From: a virus
Taxonomy: Duplodnaviria > Caudoviricetes
Virus record (IMG/VR): IMGVR_UViG_2974624810_000001
Coordinates: 67,977 to 131,976 of that record
DNA: 64,000 nt
Strand: one strand, 5' to 3'
The stretch's first letter is position 1. Each line of letters starts with the position of its first letter. A program made the translations under genes and the position numbers. Shown in pieces: positions 47,163 through 58,356 of this stretch. Below the pieces are notes generated by a model. The model did not search any database, was not told where the DNA came from, and worked only from the letters and a program-made list of their open reading frames with translations.

Positions 47163-47689
47163 TGTGGTCAGTTGTTGCGGCTGTTTATCTAGCTATCGCA
47201 GGACTGTCTTTCATTCCTTACTACCTCATCTCTGCTTTTGGCGGGATGCTATCAGGCTCTAGCAACATGAAGATTCTTGCATTGAGTATTCTCAGCGCAA
47301 TTCTTTGGCCGGTAGGCGTTGGAGCTGGTCTTTACAGTAAGCTCAAGGGCTGATAGGCTGAACACATGATAACAGCAGCACTGATTGTGTATGGCATAGG
47401 GTGGCTCATCATGAGTCTGATTGGTGGCTTTGCTTGGCTTCTTGGTCTAGGATTCAATCAGGACAACATGAGCACTTTTGCTTTTGAACAGGCAAAGCTG
47501 ACTATAACGATGTTCTTCTTGATTTGGTTTTGGCCCATTGCAATTCCGATTGTGTGGTACATTCAGAGACGAGAAGACAAAGCAATCGCCCTTCGAAACG
47601 CATTGTATCGAGAGCGTAAGGCTAAGGAAGCATACGAGACGAGCGAAGGCCAGGACTAGTTCCTGGCTTTTTGCCATGTAAGGAGAGCA

Positions 47690-48280
47690 ATGAAATTTGA
47701 TGAACTGAATAATCGTATTCCATACGTCATTGGAGGAATGAAACATATTCTTTCTACCGAGCCGTATGAAGGCGTTACTCTACGAATGCCTGGCAGGCAT
47801 GAGAATGACACTGAAAAACCTGGTGGTGACTTCGTAGTAGAGATTACAGATGACACCACAAGTTGGGAGTCTAAGCAGTTCACCCATCAGCATATCTTCG
47901 ATGACTTCCAGGACAAGGCTGACCTCGATGTGAAACGTGCTGAGGAGCTGATGGGAATTTACGCAAAGGTAGTCTTCGGGGACGACCCTGAAGATTATCG
48001 CATTCCCACAAGCCCTGCATGGGACGGCACAGTGAATCCCGAACGTTTGATGTCAGCCTTGCAGTGCCTTGCGGTTGCAGAGCATAGGCGCTATGCTAGG
48101 TATGAAGCAAAGATGGGTGGGCGCTTTCTTCCTGCTCGATTCACCGCTGGCATCGTCTATGGACTTTGGACCGCTGATGATGCTAAGATGGTTGTACGGA
48201 AGGGAAGGCCAGGTGTTGAGATGCTTGAACGTCTCAACGGCAAACCTCCCACACTACAAGAACTGTCCAACATCGAATAG
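47690..48280 (+). CDS. hypothetical protein
   Basis: 196 aa, RBS aaggag. Confidence 0.65.
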   Translation: MKFDELNNRIPYVIGGMKHILSTEPYEGVTLRMPGRHENDTEKPGGDFVVEITDDTTSWESKQFTHQHIFDDFQDKADLDVKRAEELMGIYAKVVFGDDPEDYRIPTSPAWDGTVNPERLMSALQCLAVAEHRRYARYEAKMGGRFLPARFTAGIVYGLWTADDAKMVVRKGRPGVEMLERLNGKPPTLQELSNIE

Positions 48281-49010
48281 GAGGAACGGTGGCTGAACCA
48301 CGTAGGCCACGAGTAGACTTCACTGCGAATGAGCGCCGAACAGAAATCAATCTGTTGAACGACCTCAAAACCGCAAAGAAGTTCAAGGATGTGTATCCTG
48401 CACGTCTTGCTGAGGCTGAGCAAAATCTTGCTGAGCTTTACGCTCTCGTTGAAGCACGGTATCGCGCCGAAAAGTAATGGAAAGAGAATCGTTTGTATTG
48501 ACACCCGACTCTGCAATTGTAGATTCACCTGATGAAGCAATTCGTGTGCTGAATATCTCAGTGTCACTCCTGTCAGCCATTGTACAGGAGATGCTAGCAA
48601 ATTCTAACGTTGAAATTGAGGATGACACGATTGATGCCATTGGGATTGTGAGGCAGTCAGTCGAAGGTGTCAATATGTATCTTGAAAGGCTAGGTCTATG
48701 GAATTCGAAGGACTAGCCAAGGAAATCAAAGCAGTTTTTGATGACAAGGGTTACACATGGAAGGTCGATGGTTTCTCGACAGTACCGACCGAAAGTGATA
48801 TCCTTGAAACGATGAAGCAGATGGTCAAGCGACTAGAGAAGGAGCCCGATGGTTCCTGGCTTGAGCTTGGCCGACTCATCGTAGTCAGAACTGGTAGTCT
48901 CAATGATGTCTATGTACTTCATGGGACAGTAAGGAACAATGAACAACCCACTCAGGAGCCTGTACTTTAGGCTCCGTAAAGCAATCTATCTCTACCTCTA
49001 AGGACAAAAC

Positions 49011-49442
49011 GTGACTTTCAACTCCTATCAATTCGTTTACACCGAGAGCTTCGGCACTCCTGCCAGTAGCGCTATTGATTCCGTCTACTTTGACGGCAAC
49101 AGTGGTGACATGGCTATCAAGTTCAATCATGGACACACCACTATCTACCGTGGCGTTCCTCGCTCTGAGTTCAAGGCTTTCAATTCTGCAATGAGCCACG
49201 GTGTGTTCTACAACACTCGTGTGAAGGGTGCATATCCTTCAAGCAGCTACATGCAGGCAGAGTTTGTCGGACGCAATCAGCCTAAGCTGGCAACTGCTGA
49301 GGCCCAGGAGCTAGAAGCTGTCCTAGCTGCTCCGATTCAGGTAACTGTTAACATCTATGTCAATGGTGACCCTGAGAAGATTGCGGAAGCTGTCGAGCGT
49401 CTGGCTCCCAGCATCAAGGCAGTTCAGAATTGGAGGGGATAA
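49011..49442 (+). CDS. KTSC domain protein
   Basis: SSAI..V.FD...IKF....IYRGVP...F..A.S.G.FYN..VKG. Confidence 0.8.
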   Translation: MTFNSYQFVYTESFGTPASSAIDSVYFDGNSGDMAIKFNHGHTTIYRGVPRSEFKAFNSAMSHGVFYNTRVKGAYPSSSYMQAEFVGRNQPKLATAEAQELEAVLAAPIQVTVNIYVNGDPEKIAEAVERLAPSIKAVQNWRG

Positions 49443-49443
49443 T

Positions 49444-49746
49444 ATCCTTGTAAAGGTAAATGACTTGAAGGACTTCGAGTCATACACCGAAAGAGAAGCG
49501 CTCGTCGTTTTCTCTGCGCCAGACATCTGCATTCCTTGCAGGCGTCTGCAACCTCAGCTTGATAAGCTTGCTGAGATGCTGGACTATCCGATTGTCTATG
49601 TTGACATAGGTCATGAGGATGGTGGCATTGGAAAGCTTTATGAAGTACAGTCCATCCCACTTGTCTACAAGTTCAGTGATGGGAAGCCAGTACACACAGT
49701 CAATACACGTATTGCTGGTGCTATGGCTAAGGAATTGGCCGTCTAG
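49444..49746 (+). CDS. thioredoxin-like protein (start uncertain)
   Basis: FSAPDICIPC, VQSIP. Confidence 0.75.
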   Translation: MLVKVNDLKDFESYTEREALVVFSAPDICIPCRRLQPQLDKLAEMLDYPIVYVDIGHEDGGIGKLYEVQSIPLVYKFSDGKPVHTVNTRIAGAMAKELAV

Positions 49747-50137
49747 CAATAGGCGGCCTTTGCCGTAGGTTGACTTTGATTGTACAAAGGCGTACCATAT
49801 GCCTATGGAAACGGTGTTGATGTATCTCATAGGCATGGTTCTTGGCGGTATTGGTATTGGGCTAGCACAACTGTCCTATGTCTTCATCAAGCGCTATGAC
49901 ATTCCTGGCTTTTATTGGCCAGACATAGAAGAGGATGAGAGAAGTGACGTGTGAACAATGTGGTTCCGCGTGCGATGACAGTGTAAGCTTCGATACACTC
50001 GTAAGAAGAGTGTTCTTCTGCTGCCTATCACACCGGGCAGCCTGGTTTTTTGGGTGGCTGTGAAATGTGGTTTATGATTGGAGGGCTCCTATGGGTCCTC
50101 CTCATTATTTTTATTTGTCGGTGGTTCTACGTGATTA

Positions 50138-50632
50138 GTGAAAGGCGAGAACATGACACCAGTACAACCAATCGTGAGATTCGACGGCGAGTACAAATTT
50201 CTCTCAAACTTCTATGAGAGGCCGGTACGAGTAGGCAACCTCACGTTTGCGAATAACGAGGCTGCGTTCCAGGGTGCCAAGTACAAAGCTGCAAAGTGTG
50301 ACCAGGCAGAACAGTACAGGTACCTTGAAAAGATGGTTCAGGTTGATGCACAGACAGCAAAGAACATGGGCCGACGTATCCCTCTAGACCTTGACAAGTG
50401 GGAGTCCATCAAGGTAACGTGTATGAGAGAGGTGGTCAAGGCCAAGTTCGACCAGCACGATGACCTCAGAGTTAAGCTTATTGAAACTGGTGCTGCCCTG
50501 CTTGTTGAGGGCAATCATTGGGGAGATAAGTTCTGGGGCCGGTGTGAAGGTAAGGGACTGAATGTCCTTGGCTCTATTCTCATGGAACTAAGAGGCTACT
50601 ATTTCTGGAAGGAATATCAGAGCATATGGTGA
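50138..50632 (+). CDS. NADAR (YbiA-like) family hydrolase
   Basis: FLSNFY, E..FQ..K, KF.Q, TG...LVE, D.FWG, G.N.LG..LM.LR. Confidence 0.9.
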   Translation: MKGENMTPVQPIVRFDGEYKFLSNFYERPVRVGNLTFANNEAAFQGAKYKAAKCDQAEQYRYLEKMVQVDAQTAKNMGRRIPLDLDKWESIKVTCMREVVKAKFDQHDDLRVKLIETGAALLVEGNHWGDKFWGRCEGKGLNVLGSILMELRGYYFWKEYQSIW

Positions 50633-50972
50633 GAAGGATTGAAGTAACATATGAGGGCGGCCATAAGGAAGTCATCGTTTATCGGCAACTCCTCCTTGAG
50701 GATGACGACCGAAAGATTTACGTTAACTCTCATGGCAATCACATCACAGTCATGAAGAACAAGGTTCTTCAGTACAAGGAGCTATCATGAGGGACTACAC
50801 TCTCGTTGTCTATCTTGACAGTGAGCACAGGCGATTCGATGAGTATCTTCATGTAGATGTTCATGGAGTTAAGGAAGGTTGTCTGCATATCCACTTTATG
50901 CCTGGCGGCCCAAAGCTACCATACATCATTCCAAACCACGCATACCATCTAGCAATGCCACTGGAGAGGTAA

Positions 50973-51470
50973 ATGTCAGTAATCAATGACATCAGGCGTA
51001 TGCGCAATCTGCCTGATGCAGAAGTGTCTAGCAAGTTCAAGGGACTTGTTGATGGCTACGTAAAGGACTTGACCAAGAACAAGTCAAAGGGCAGTCCTGG
51101 CACCGGCTCCATTCCTTCTGTACGCGTTGGTAAAATTCGTAGAAAGAAGGGGCAGCTCACTCCCTCAGAGATTCTTTTCGCAATGCGTGAGAGCCTTTGG
51201 AAGATGGGCTGGACTCAGGGAGTTCTCAGAGACAACGAAGGACGCATGTGTCTTCGTGGTGCTCTTGTGTATCTGAACATCAAGGGATACACTCATATGG
51301 ATGACTTGCAGATTGCGGCTCAATATCTTCACGACGAGGTTCGTAAGAAGAATGGAGATGCACAGAAGTACAACTTCATTTACTGGAACAACGACCCCAA
51401 GAGGACGCTTGCTGATATTCTCAAGGTTCTAGAGGATTGTGGTAATCGTGCCCGACTCGCAGGAGAATGA
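50973..51470 (+). CDS. hypothetical protein
   Basis: GWTQG...CL.GA...WNND..RT. Confidence 0.6.
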   Translation: MSVINDIRRMRNLPDAEVSSKFKGLVDGYVKDLTKNKSKGSPGTGSIPSVRVGKIRRKKGQLTPSEILFAMRESLWKMGWTQGVLRDNEGRMCLRGALVYLNIKGYTHMDDLQIAAQYLHDEVRKKNGDAQKYNFIYWNNDPKRTLADILKVLEDCGNRARLAGE

Positions 51471-53087
51471 ATGGGAAGACCTTGGATATGTATCTGAGGT
51501 GGACTTCAATATAGAGCTTCCTGAAATAGATTGGGAAGCTATGCGCACCGCTTTGGACAACCTTGCTGAATCCATTCGAGTTGTCAGGCCACAGATGGAA
51601 GAAAGGCTTAGGCAACTTCGGCCGGAATTCAGTGGGATTCATCCTCAGCATTATCAAGCGCAAGCATCACGAATCAGGGAGACAGAGTCAATGGCTGTTG
51701 ACATAAGACATGGTGAGTACCCTCACCGAGACGGATATGGAACATATTGGTATGACCCTAGTGGATTTCATTCAGATGACCCTCATGTATGCTTCATCTG
51801 TGGCAGACCAACTGGCCGTATCGATATCGACTTTCATGGAGCATTCTGCAATTCGGAAGAATGCAATGAGGTCATCAGACTAGACCTCGAACGTGCAAAC
51901 GGTGGTCCAGAGGAGCGAGAGTAATGTTTCAGATTGTCGTAACGACAAACCGAGGCAGGGAATACAAGAGCAGCATTTACACCATTGAGAACACTGGTGG
52001 TGTTGCTATCGACTCAAGGACGAAGCTGAAGGATATCGTTGAGAGGGTAGTTTACAATGCCCTGCAACATGGTGTCTTCCTTGAGGCCCCTGATGGAAAG
52101 ATGTTCAGCATCCCTGCTGAATCCATTGAACATTGTACGTACGTCGAGACAAGTTGACAATTTCGTAATCTATGCTCTAGCATGAAGACATTATGAGATA
52201 CGAAATCGTCAAGGAGGTCCTTAAACGGGGCCGAACTGTGGAGGGCTACAACTGGGCAATTACTGATACCAAAGTAAACAAGGTTGTAGTCCGATATGGT
52301 AATGAATTCAAGGCTGAGTTCGTCAAGGATTCTTTCAATGAGGTAAACGTAAGCAGCAGATTCGAATTTGAAAAGGCTGGCAACGAGACATTTGAAGACC
52401 TCGATGAGTCAGCATTCAAAGGGGAATGAATGCTAGAGAAAATGGCCTGGCGATATTTGGCCCGGCGCATGGAGGCCCATCGTAAAGCAGGTAGGCATCA
52501 CGAAGCAGACCATATCAGAGCAGCGTTGTCTACTAGACCACAGAAGCAATGCACTCTATGCTGCATCATGGAGAATACTGACTGGCTTGCATGGGCATCA
52601 CGGTTTGACCCTTCTTTCAATGAAGAGAAGGATGAGGAGCTATATGGAAGTGCTACTAGTAATGCCGCCCGGTTTAGAGATGTGGTTCGGAGAACTGGTA
52701 TTGACTGATTGGGAAGACGATGAGGACTGGCCTGAAGAGGGCTGGTCCTCATTGCGTTTTAGTACAGCCATATCTGGAGTCCGATTTTTTTAGTCCAATT
52801 CCAAATGGCCGATTTTTTAGTCGCGAAGCGACTGCCAGCGCAGCGAAAAGGCCCGGCAGTGATGGGTCTTCATACCCCTATATACAATACCTTTTATCTA
52901 CCATGTCATAAGACATCACCATCATATATACAAAGGCATAGAGCCGTATGCAGGCATGTCTGTTGATACTGTCCTTGAACATAGAGATATGACTGTCTTG
53001 AGTCTGATAGACAGAGTGAAGGTGTGCTTGTCTCGTATATAGGAGAATGTGTAAACCTAGATTGACACTTATTGTCTACTGCGTAGA

Positions 53088-53153
53088 CTATCCACAGGTA
53101 AGGACACAGGTTGTGGATAACTTTTGTGAATGGGCACAATTCAGTTGTGCACA
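53088..53153. promoter_or_regulatory. cluster of DnaA-box-like sites
   Basis: CTATCCACA 53088, TGTGGATAA 53112 (perfect reverse box), TTGTGCACA 53145 in an AT-rich intergenic region. Confidence 0.45.
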
Positions 53154-54099
53154 ATATAATAGTGAACTATATATGTGTAATGGTGGGGGATATATCGAAG
53201 GTTTCGTAAGCATTATCCCCCACATTCTAAGGTCTAGCAGGCATCTGGCCCCCAATTCGAAGGCAAATAGACCTCAGAAGCATCGAAATTCTGCCCCCAA
53301 AATGCCTCAAAAACAGGAAAAATCACGATATTTCACCCTCAAAACGGACATTTTGCCCTTAAAATGGCCCAAAATCCTGCAATTTTGACAAGCATTCGTA
53401 AAGAGACCTGGATTCAAGGGGAATCGGGCGGCAATCCATCAAATCTAGCCATCATATCCCCCGAAAATTAGGCATTCTTCGTAAATGGCCCCAACATTCG
53501 AAGGTTAATCAGGCTCAGAAGCCTATGAATCGCAGATGCGTTCTTACGAATCTAAGGAAGGGTGTCGATTCTCCCTATATACACAACCATAGAATGATAT
53601 TGAAAAACCCGGCAATCTGAAGAAGCCTTCGTAAATGAACTAGGTAGGTATCCATATATTATAGGGAGGGTATCAGTGTATTGTATATAGGGGACAAGGG
53701 CACCTACGACTGCCGGGCCAATAATTTGTCAGTCATGTATATAGCAGAAAGGCACCCCGAAGGGTGCCTATTTTTATGAACTCAAAATCTCTGCAAAAAT
53801 CTTCAAACTCCCCAGAATTTCAGCCTTGACTTAAAGGGCAAAATCCCTGGAAAATTTGAGGCTCATCGTAAACGGGAAAAATTCGGACATAGGGGACAAA
53901 TCAACGTCCAGATGGATAGTCATTATGTTAGTTAGCCTAGCTAAGGTGTCCGCCCCGGACATTGAAAGGTCCCCAGGGAGAGGCCGACCTTCCTCTAATT
54001 AAGCCCTTGCCAGAATGACTGATAGGGCCCCTGGGGACACACTTTGTACTACTCTTCTATGTTAGCAAGGCAGTGTTACCTTGTCAACATCACTTTAGG

Positions 54100-54309
54100 T
54101 CACCATTCCAGCTCGTCTTCCACGCAGTAGTGGGACACGAACGGAACGACCCATCGGGTATTGAGAAGATGACCCCTCTCCGTCCACAGAGTCAGAGTTG
54201 CAGTCTTGGAATCGAACTCGATTCCCTTTCCGCCTCCCTGAATGTTATCGAAGATGAGTTCCCTTCGGACTCCCTCTTCCAGAACGATTACGGTTACCCT
54301 GTGAGTCAT
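54100..54309 (-). CDS. hypothetical protein
   Basis: RBS and cassette context. Confidence 0.55.
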   Translation of the reverse strand: MTHRVTVIVLEEGVRRELIFDNIQGGGKGIEFDSKTATLTLWTERGHLLNTRWVVPFVSHYCVEDELEW

Positions 54310-54621
54310 TGCTTCCCCTTACACCGGCTCGTTCGGAATGATTACCTCGGTGTTGTCAGCGTTTCGGTAAACCGAGCAGTGACCACAGAGAGGTGTCTCA
54401 ACTTCGTTCAGGTTGAAGGTGCCGATGGCCCTGCGAGCGAAGCAACCTTCGCAGTCTTCGTTCTCTTCCGGACCGAAGGCCATGACCATCGCCATGTCTT
54501 TCCCCTTTCGTTGATACGAGTCTAGCAGACTACGAGGACACCTGTCTACCCTGCCGGGCGATTGTCCGCCCCGGCCAAAATCCCCCTAAACCCTTTCGGG
54601 CTAGGGGGATTGGCGTGCCGC

Positions 54622-55644
54622 TTACGCGGCCTGAGCGAACTCCTGAACCGTCTTCAGGATTGCGTTCTTCTTGGCGTTGATGACCGGGTCGAAGCCCGAA
54701 GCCGCAATGAACAGGTTGTCGACGTTGCCACCACGGGGCATCCGGTACCAGTCCTGAACCTCAGTGAAGGCGTTCAGTGCACCGGCAGCGGTACCCTGGA
54801 GAGACTGAGTCGTCTTCGGACCATCACCCGTGTCGGTGAAAATGCCCATGTGGATGTCACGCTTCGACTCCCACTTGACCATGCTGCCCTTGACGTCCTT
54901 CTCAGGCTTGGGGTACAGCGTGTTGAACAGGGTGTCGAAGTCGTCCTTCGAAACCGGAACGTTGGCCAGTTCGGTCATGACGCGCTCGAACTCATCCGCG
55001 TAGGCGAACGTGATGTTCAGCGCCTCACGAGCCGCAGCCATGCGACCCTCGATGGTCTGAGTGTGACGCATCTTGAACGTCTGCTTTACGTTGCCACGCA
55101 GAGCGAAGTTCAGCGTGTTCTGACAGACGACACGCACGGGCGTGATGCTTGCCTGAACTGCCACGCTTCCGTCGTGAGAGGTGTTGACCAGCAGATACAG
55201 CTTGGTCACGTCGTCGTCACCGATGACGATGTCACGAGAGATGGACAGAGAACCGAAGACCACGCGACCGTCACGGATGCTGCCCGCAGTCTCCCACGTG
55301 CCACCACCTGCGAGGATGCCGTCACCGAAGCCGAACAGCTCTTCGTTCTGGACGACCTTGTAACGCTCGCCCACGGTGGCCAGAACGTCGTTCTGACCGG
55401 TGGTGAAGGGGTTGTCACGAACGACCATGAACGGCTCCGTGACGAAGTTGTACGAGTCGGAGAGCATGCCCACGACGTCCTTCACGGACTCCAGGCGGAC
55501 GTTCCAGCCCTTCAGGTGGGCCAGCGTCAGCATCTCGTCGGTGGTCAGCTCACCATCGAAGACGGTTCCGAGCTGGTGCCACGCGGGCTCGCTGCGAGTG
55601 GCGAACGCGACCTGACCCTTGGAACCAATCTCAAGACCGTGCAT
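54622..55644 (-). CDS. DUF932 (TIGR03299-like) phage/plasmid protein
   Basis: AWH.LG, Y.VVQN, ETAGS...GR, NTSHDGS, TPVRVVCQNTL, RHT. Confidence 0.9.
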   Translation of the reverse strand: MHGLEIGSKGQVAFATRSEPAWHQLGTVFDGELTTDEMLTLAHLKGWNVRLESVKDVVGMLSDSYNFVTEPFMVVRDNPFTTGQNDVLATVGERYKVVQNEELFGFGDGILAGGGTWETAGSIRDGRVVFGSLSISRDIVIGDDDVTKLYLLVNTSHDGSVAVQASITPVRVVCQNTLNFALRGNVKQTFKMRHTQTIEGRMAAAREALNITFAYADEFERVMTELANVPVSKDDFDTLFNTLYPKPEKDVKGSMVKWESKRDIHMGIFTDTGDGPKTTQSLQGTAAGALNAFTEVQDWYRMPRGGNVDNLFIAASGFDPVINAKKNAILKTVQEFAQAA

Positions 55645-55780
55645 TTTTGCCTCCTAGGCAGATTGGTGTAAGGGCCGGTTTCCCTGCCCTTCGATGTCTC
55701 TAGTCTAGCAGTATCAAGGGGTCGTTGTCTACCGGTCGAAATTTGTCCGGCCCGGACAGGGGCCCGAAGGCCCCTGAAGG

Positions 55781-56221
55781 TCAGAACCGAGCACCAACAC
55801 CCGAACCGTCCAAACACTGAACGATGTGCTTTGCAGTGCGCAGGTCGATGGTCGGGAAGTTCTGTCGCAGGTGCTTGATGCACTGAATCTTGCGCTCCAG
55901 GTCGTAGTGGCTGAACTCCGCGTTGGCCCAGATGGTCGCACGCGTCACCAGTTCCGTGTGCGCGTTGTCCGCCTCGAAGAAGTGCAGTCGCTCACCGTGA
56001 GCCTTGCCCTGCTTGTAGCCGTCCTCGAATGCGGCTTCCACGCGCTTGTCGGCCTCCTTGCGGGCCACGTCCCAGATGTTGTTCTCCACCTCGTTGAGCC
56101 GGTTCAGGTGGGCCTCGTAGATGATGCTGGCCACCTCGAACGCCTTCTTCAGGCTCATCTTGATGCCGTTGTTGTGGAAGATGCGCACGAGACGGTCCGT
56201 GTCGAAGTCGAAGATGCCCAT
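55781..56221 (-). CDS. hypothetical protein (C-terminal L7/L12-like KI.CIK.LR..L..AK)
   Basis: RBS ggagg; own promoter and terminator. Confidence 0.6.
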   Translation of the reverse strand: MGIFDFDTDRLVRIFHNNGIKMSLKKAFEVASIIYEAHLNRLNEVENNIWDVARKEADKRVEAAFEDGYKQGKAHGERLHFFEADNAHTELVTRATIWANAEFSHYDLERKIQCIKHLRQNFPTIDLRTAKHIVQCLDGSGVGARF

Positions 56222-56357
56222 GGAATCCTCCAGTGTCTCTAGGGGGCGTTTCCCCCTTTCGATAGCTCAAGTCTACAGGAACAGTGAGGCAGATACAAGC
56301 CCAAAGCTAAAGTGTCCGGCCCGGACGCCGGGCCCTTTTGTCAAGGGCCCGGTAGTC

Positions 56358-56648
56358 TCAGGGGTTTGTATTCCCCCTTTTCAGTATGATTTGGTCGATG
56401 ACGAACTTTGCATCCATCACTCGATTGTACTCAGCATCCGAACGGCTTTCCTTTCTGCCTGCCCATGCGTTGAACAGAGAGATTGCGAATTGCCAGAAAG
56501 CCTCCTGTACAGGCTCAGGGTAGGTAGAGACGAGATAGGCGAATGCGTGAAAGTCGAATGAACGCTTATCGAATTCATTGACCAGCTTATTCGCCAGACG
56601 CTCATAGGAAGTCGGTCGTGGATTTACGAGCCTCGCACCCTCATACAT
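56358..56648 (-). CDS. hypothetical protein
   Basis: ORF ending at hairpin; start uncertain. Confidence 0.5.
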   Translation of the reverse strand: MYEGARLVNPRPTSYERLANKLVNEFDKRSFDFHAFAYLVSTYPEPVQEAFWQFAISLFNAWAGRKESRSDAEYNRVMDAKFVIDQIILKRGNTNP

Positions 56649-56856
56649 GTCAGGTACGATTAGGCTTGTGCGATGGAAGGGACTACGCGTCACCCTCTCC
56701 CCCAAAGTCCTTTGTGGTGCCGTAGCCGTCTGAGACGCTGACAGACAGACCTAGCACCTTTGCCATGAACTCAGCCGTAGCTGTGGCAAAGGGCCAGGCA
56801 CTGTCGTGAGCGTCATCATCGGGCGTGTCGATTTCGATGATGACCATGCCTCTATC

Positions 56857-57378
56857 CTATCGCGCGTGAATCTCTACGTCCATCCCCAGCACCACGGGCG
56901 AGCCGCACGAGCAGTGGGACAGGCTGTAACCGCACTTGCACGCCTCACGCTCCGAGAGAATGAGACGCTTGCCACGGTACCAAGCGATGTACTCGGTACG
57001 GTGCGAACGGGTGGGGGCAGCGTGCGGACGAACGTCCTTACCGGTCACCTTGACGTGAACACCGGGCGCAGCGGGCTTGACTTCCGGGTTGTCAGCCTTG
57101 TAAGCGGCCAGAACCTCAGCGGAGAGACGCCCACGGGCCGAAACGGTCATGCCCTTGGATGCGGCCCACGCACGGACCGCCTTCGCATCGAACTGGCCAG
57201 CCTTCGGAGCGGCCTTGACGGCAGCACGCTTGACCGGTGCCGCAGCGTCAGAGAAGACCATGCCCTTACCCTCAGCCTCAGCGATGGCGTCATACGCAGC
57301 CTTGGACATACGCCCACGGGCGTCCTTTGCGAGGCCCAGCGAAACAGCGTACGCGCGACGGGTCATGTTGGCAGACAT
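56857..57378 (-). CDS. lsr2: Lsr2-like DNA-binding protein
   Basis: AVRAWAASKGMTVSARGRLSAEV..AY; second RGR motif at the N-terminus. Confidence 0.85.
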   Translation of the reverse strand: MSANMTRRAYAVSLGLAKDARGRMSKAAYDAIAEAEGKGMVFSDAAAPVKRAAVKAAPKAGQFDAKAVRAWAASKGMTVSARGRLSAEVLAAYKADNPEVKPAAPGVHVKVTGKDVRPHAAPTRSHRTEYIAWYRGKRLILSEREACKCGYSLSHCSCGSPVVLGMDVEIHAR

Positions 57379-57500
57379 TTGGGGTTCCTTCCCTCGGTGA
57401 TGTCTCTAGTCTACGGCATTGAAGGGGGCAGCGTCAACACGTAAAAATGTCCGCAATGTCCGATTTGCCGGTTGTCCGCCCCGGCCCGAAGGCCCTAGCG

Positions 57501-58241
57501 TCAAGCCTTTCGACGCTTAGGAACCTTGGACGCGAAACGAATGTCAGCCTTGCCAAAGACGCAAAGGCCACATGTTACACACGCACCACCCTTTTCGGTA
57601 ATGAGGGGAATGCGCTTGGCATTCTCAGGGCAGATAGCGCCAGGCTTACCAGTTTCGGTAAGCATGAATTCCTTACCCTTTTCATGTGTCTCTGCCAGAT
57701 AGGCCAGATGCACATCCCTGTACGTGTCTCGTGTGTACAGTGCAGCATCCTCATTTTCACTGTCTACGCTGAGATAGACTGCGAGATTGGGAATGCCATT
57801 GATATAGGACACGTACTCGAAAGAACGCGTGTAAATCCAGAATTGCACGTCAGGGAATGCAAAGGCGGTGATGTTGATTGCCATCGCATAATCCGCAGAA
57901 AAGATATCCCCATCTGCGTGCCAGCGGAAAAGCTTTTCGACATCTCGCTTTTCACATTCGTCCACGAATTCGCCAACCATCTCTCCCAAGAGGGAAACCA
58001 TGTCGGCATAGGAAGCGTCTTTCAACAGCTCCCAATTGTGCAGAACAAGGGCGCGGTAGGCAGGGTATTGCCTTTCCAGCTTACCGGCATAGCAGACGGT
58101 CTCACAGACCTTTGTCGCGCCAGGGCAGGAATACTCCGTTCCGCTCGGAAGGGAAAAGGCATTGGCGATAAGCGGATTGGTGCCAGCCTTGTTGGACAGG
58201 TTGGCAGTCTTACGGTCCTTAGTCCTCTTGAGTGCAGCCAT
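57501..58241 (-). CDS. Gp88-like Fe-S/radical-SAM-related protein
   Basis: CPGAT..C...CYA, FRWH.DGD, W.YTR, CP...C..C.LC. Confidence 0.7.
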   Translation of the reverse strand: MAALKRTKDRKTANLSNKAGTNPLIANAFSLPSGTEYSCPGATKVCETVCYAGKLERQYPAYRALVLHNWELLKDASYADMVSLLGEMVGEFVDECEKRDVEKLFRWHADGDIFSADYAMAINITAFAFPDVQFWIYTRSFEYVSYINGIPNLAVYLSVDSENEDAALYTRDTYRDVHLAYLAETHEKGKEFMLTETGKPGAICPENAKRIPLITEKGGACVTCGLCVFGKADIRFASKVPKRRKA

Positions 58242-58356
58242 GACGTTCCCTTCGCTTGACGTAAGACGAGTCTAGCAGACTTGGAGGACGTAAACAACCC
58301 TTTGAAATGTCCGATATGCCCGATGTCCGTCCCGGACAGGCCCGAAGGCCAGTCGG

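Noticed and set aside
53047-53388. 113-aa ORF in the intergenic zone
   Set aside because: Atypical composition, overlaps repeat motifs and DnaA-like boxes.
54562-55671. 369-aa + strand ORF
   Set aside because: Antisense shadow of the DUF932 gene; no RBS or recognisable motifs.
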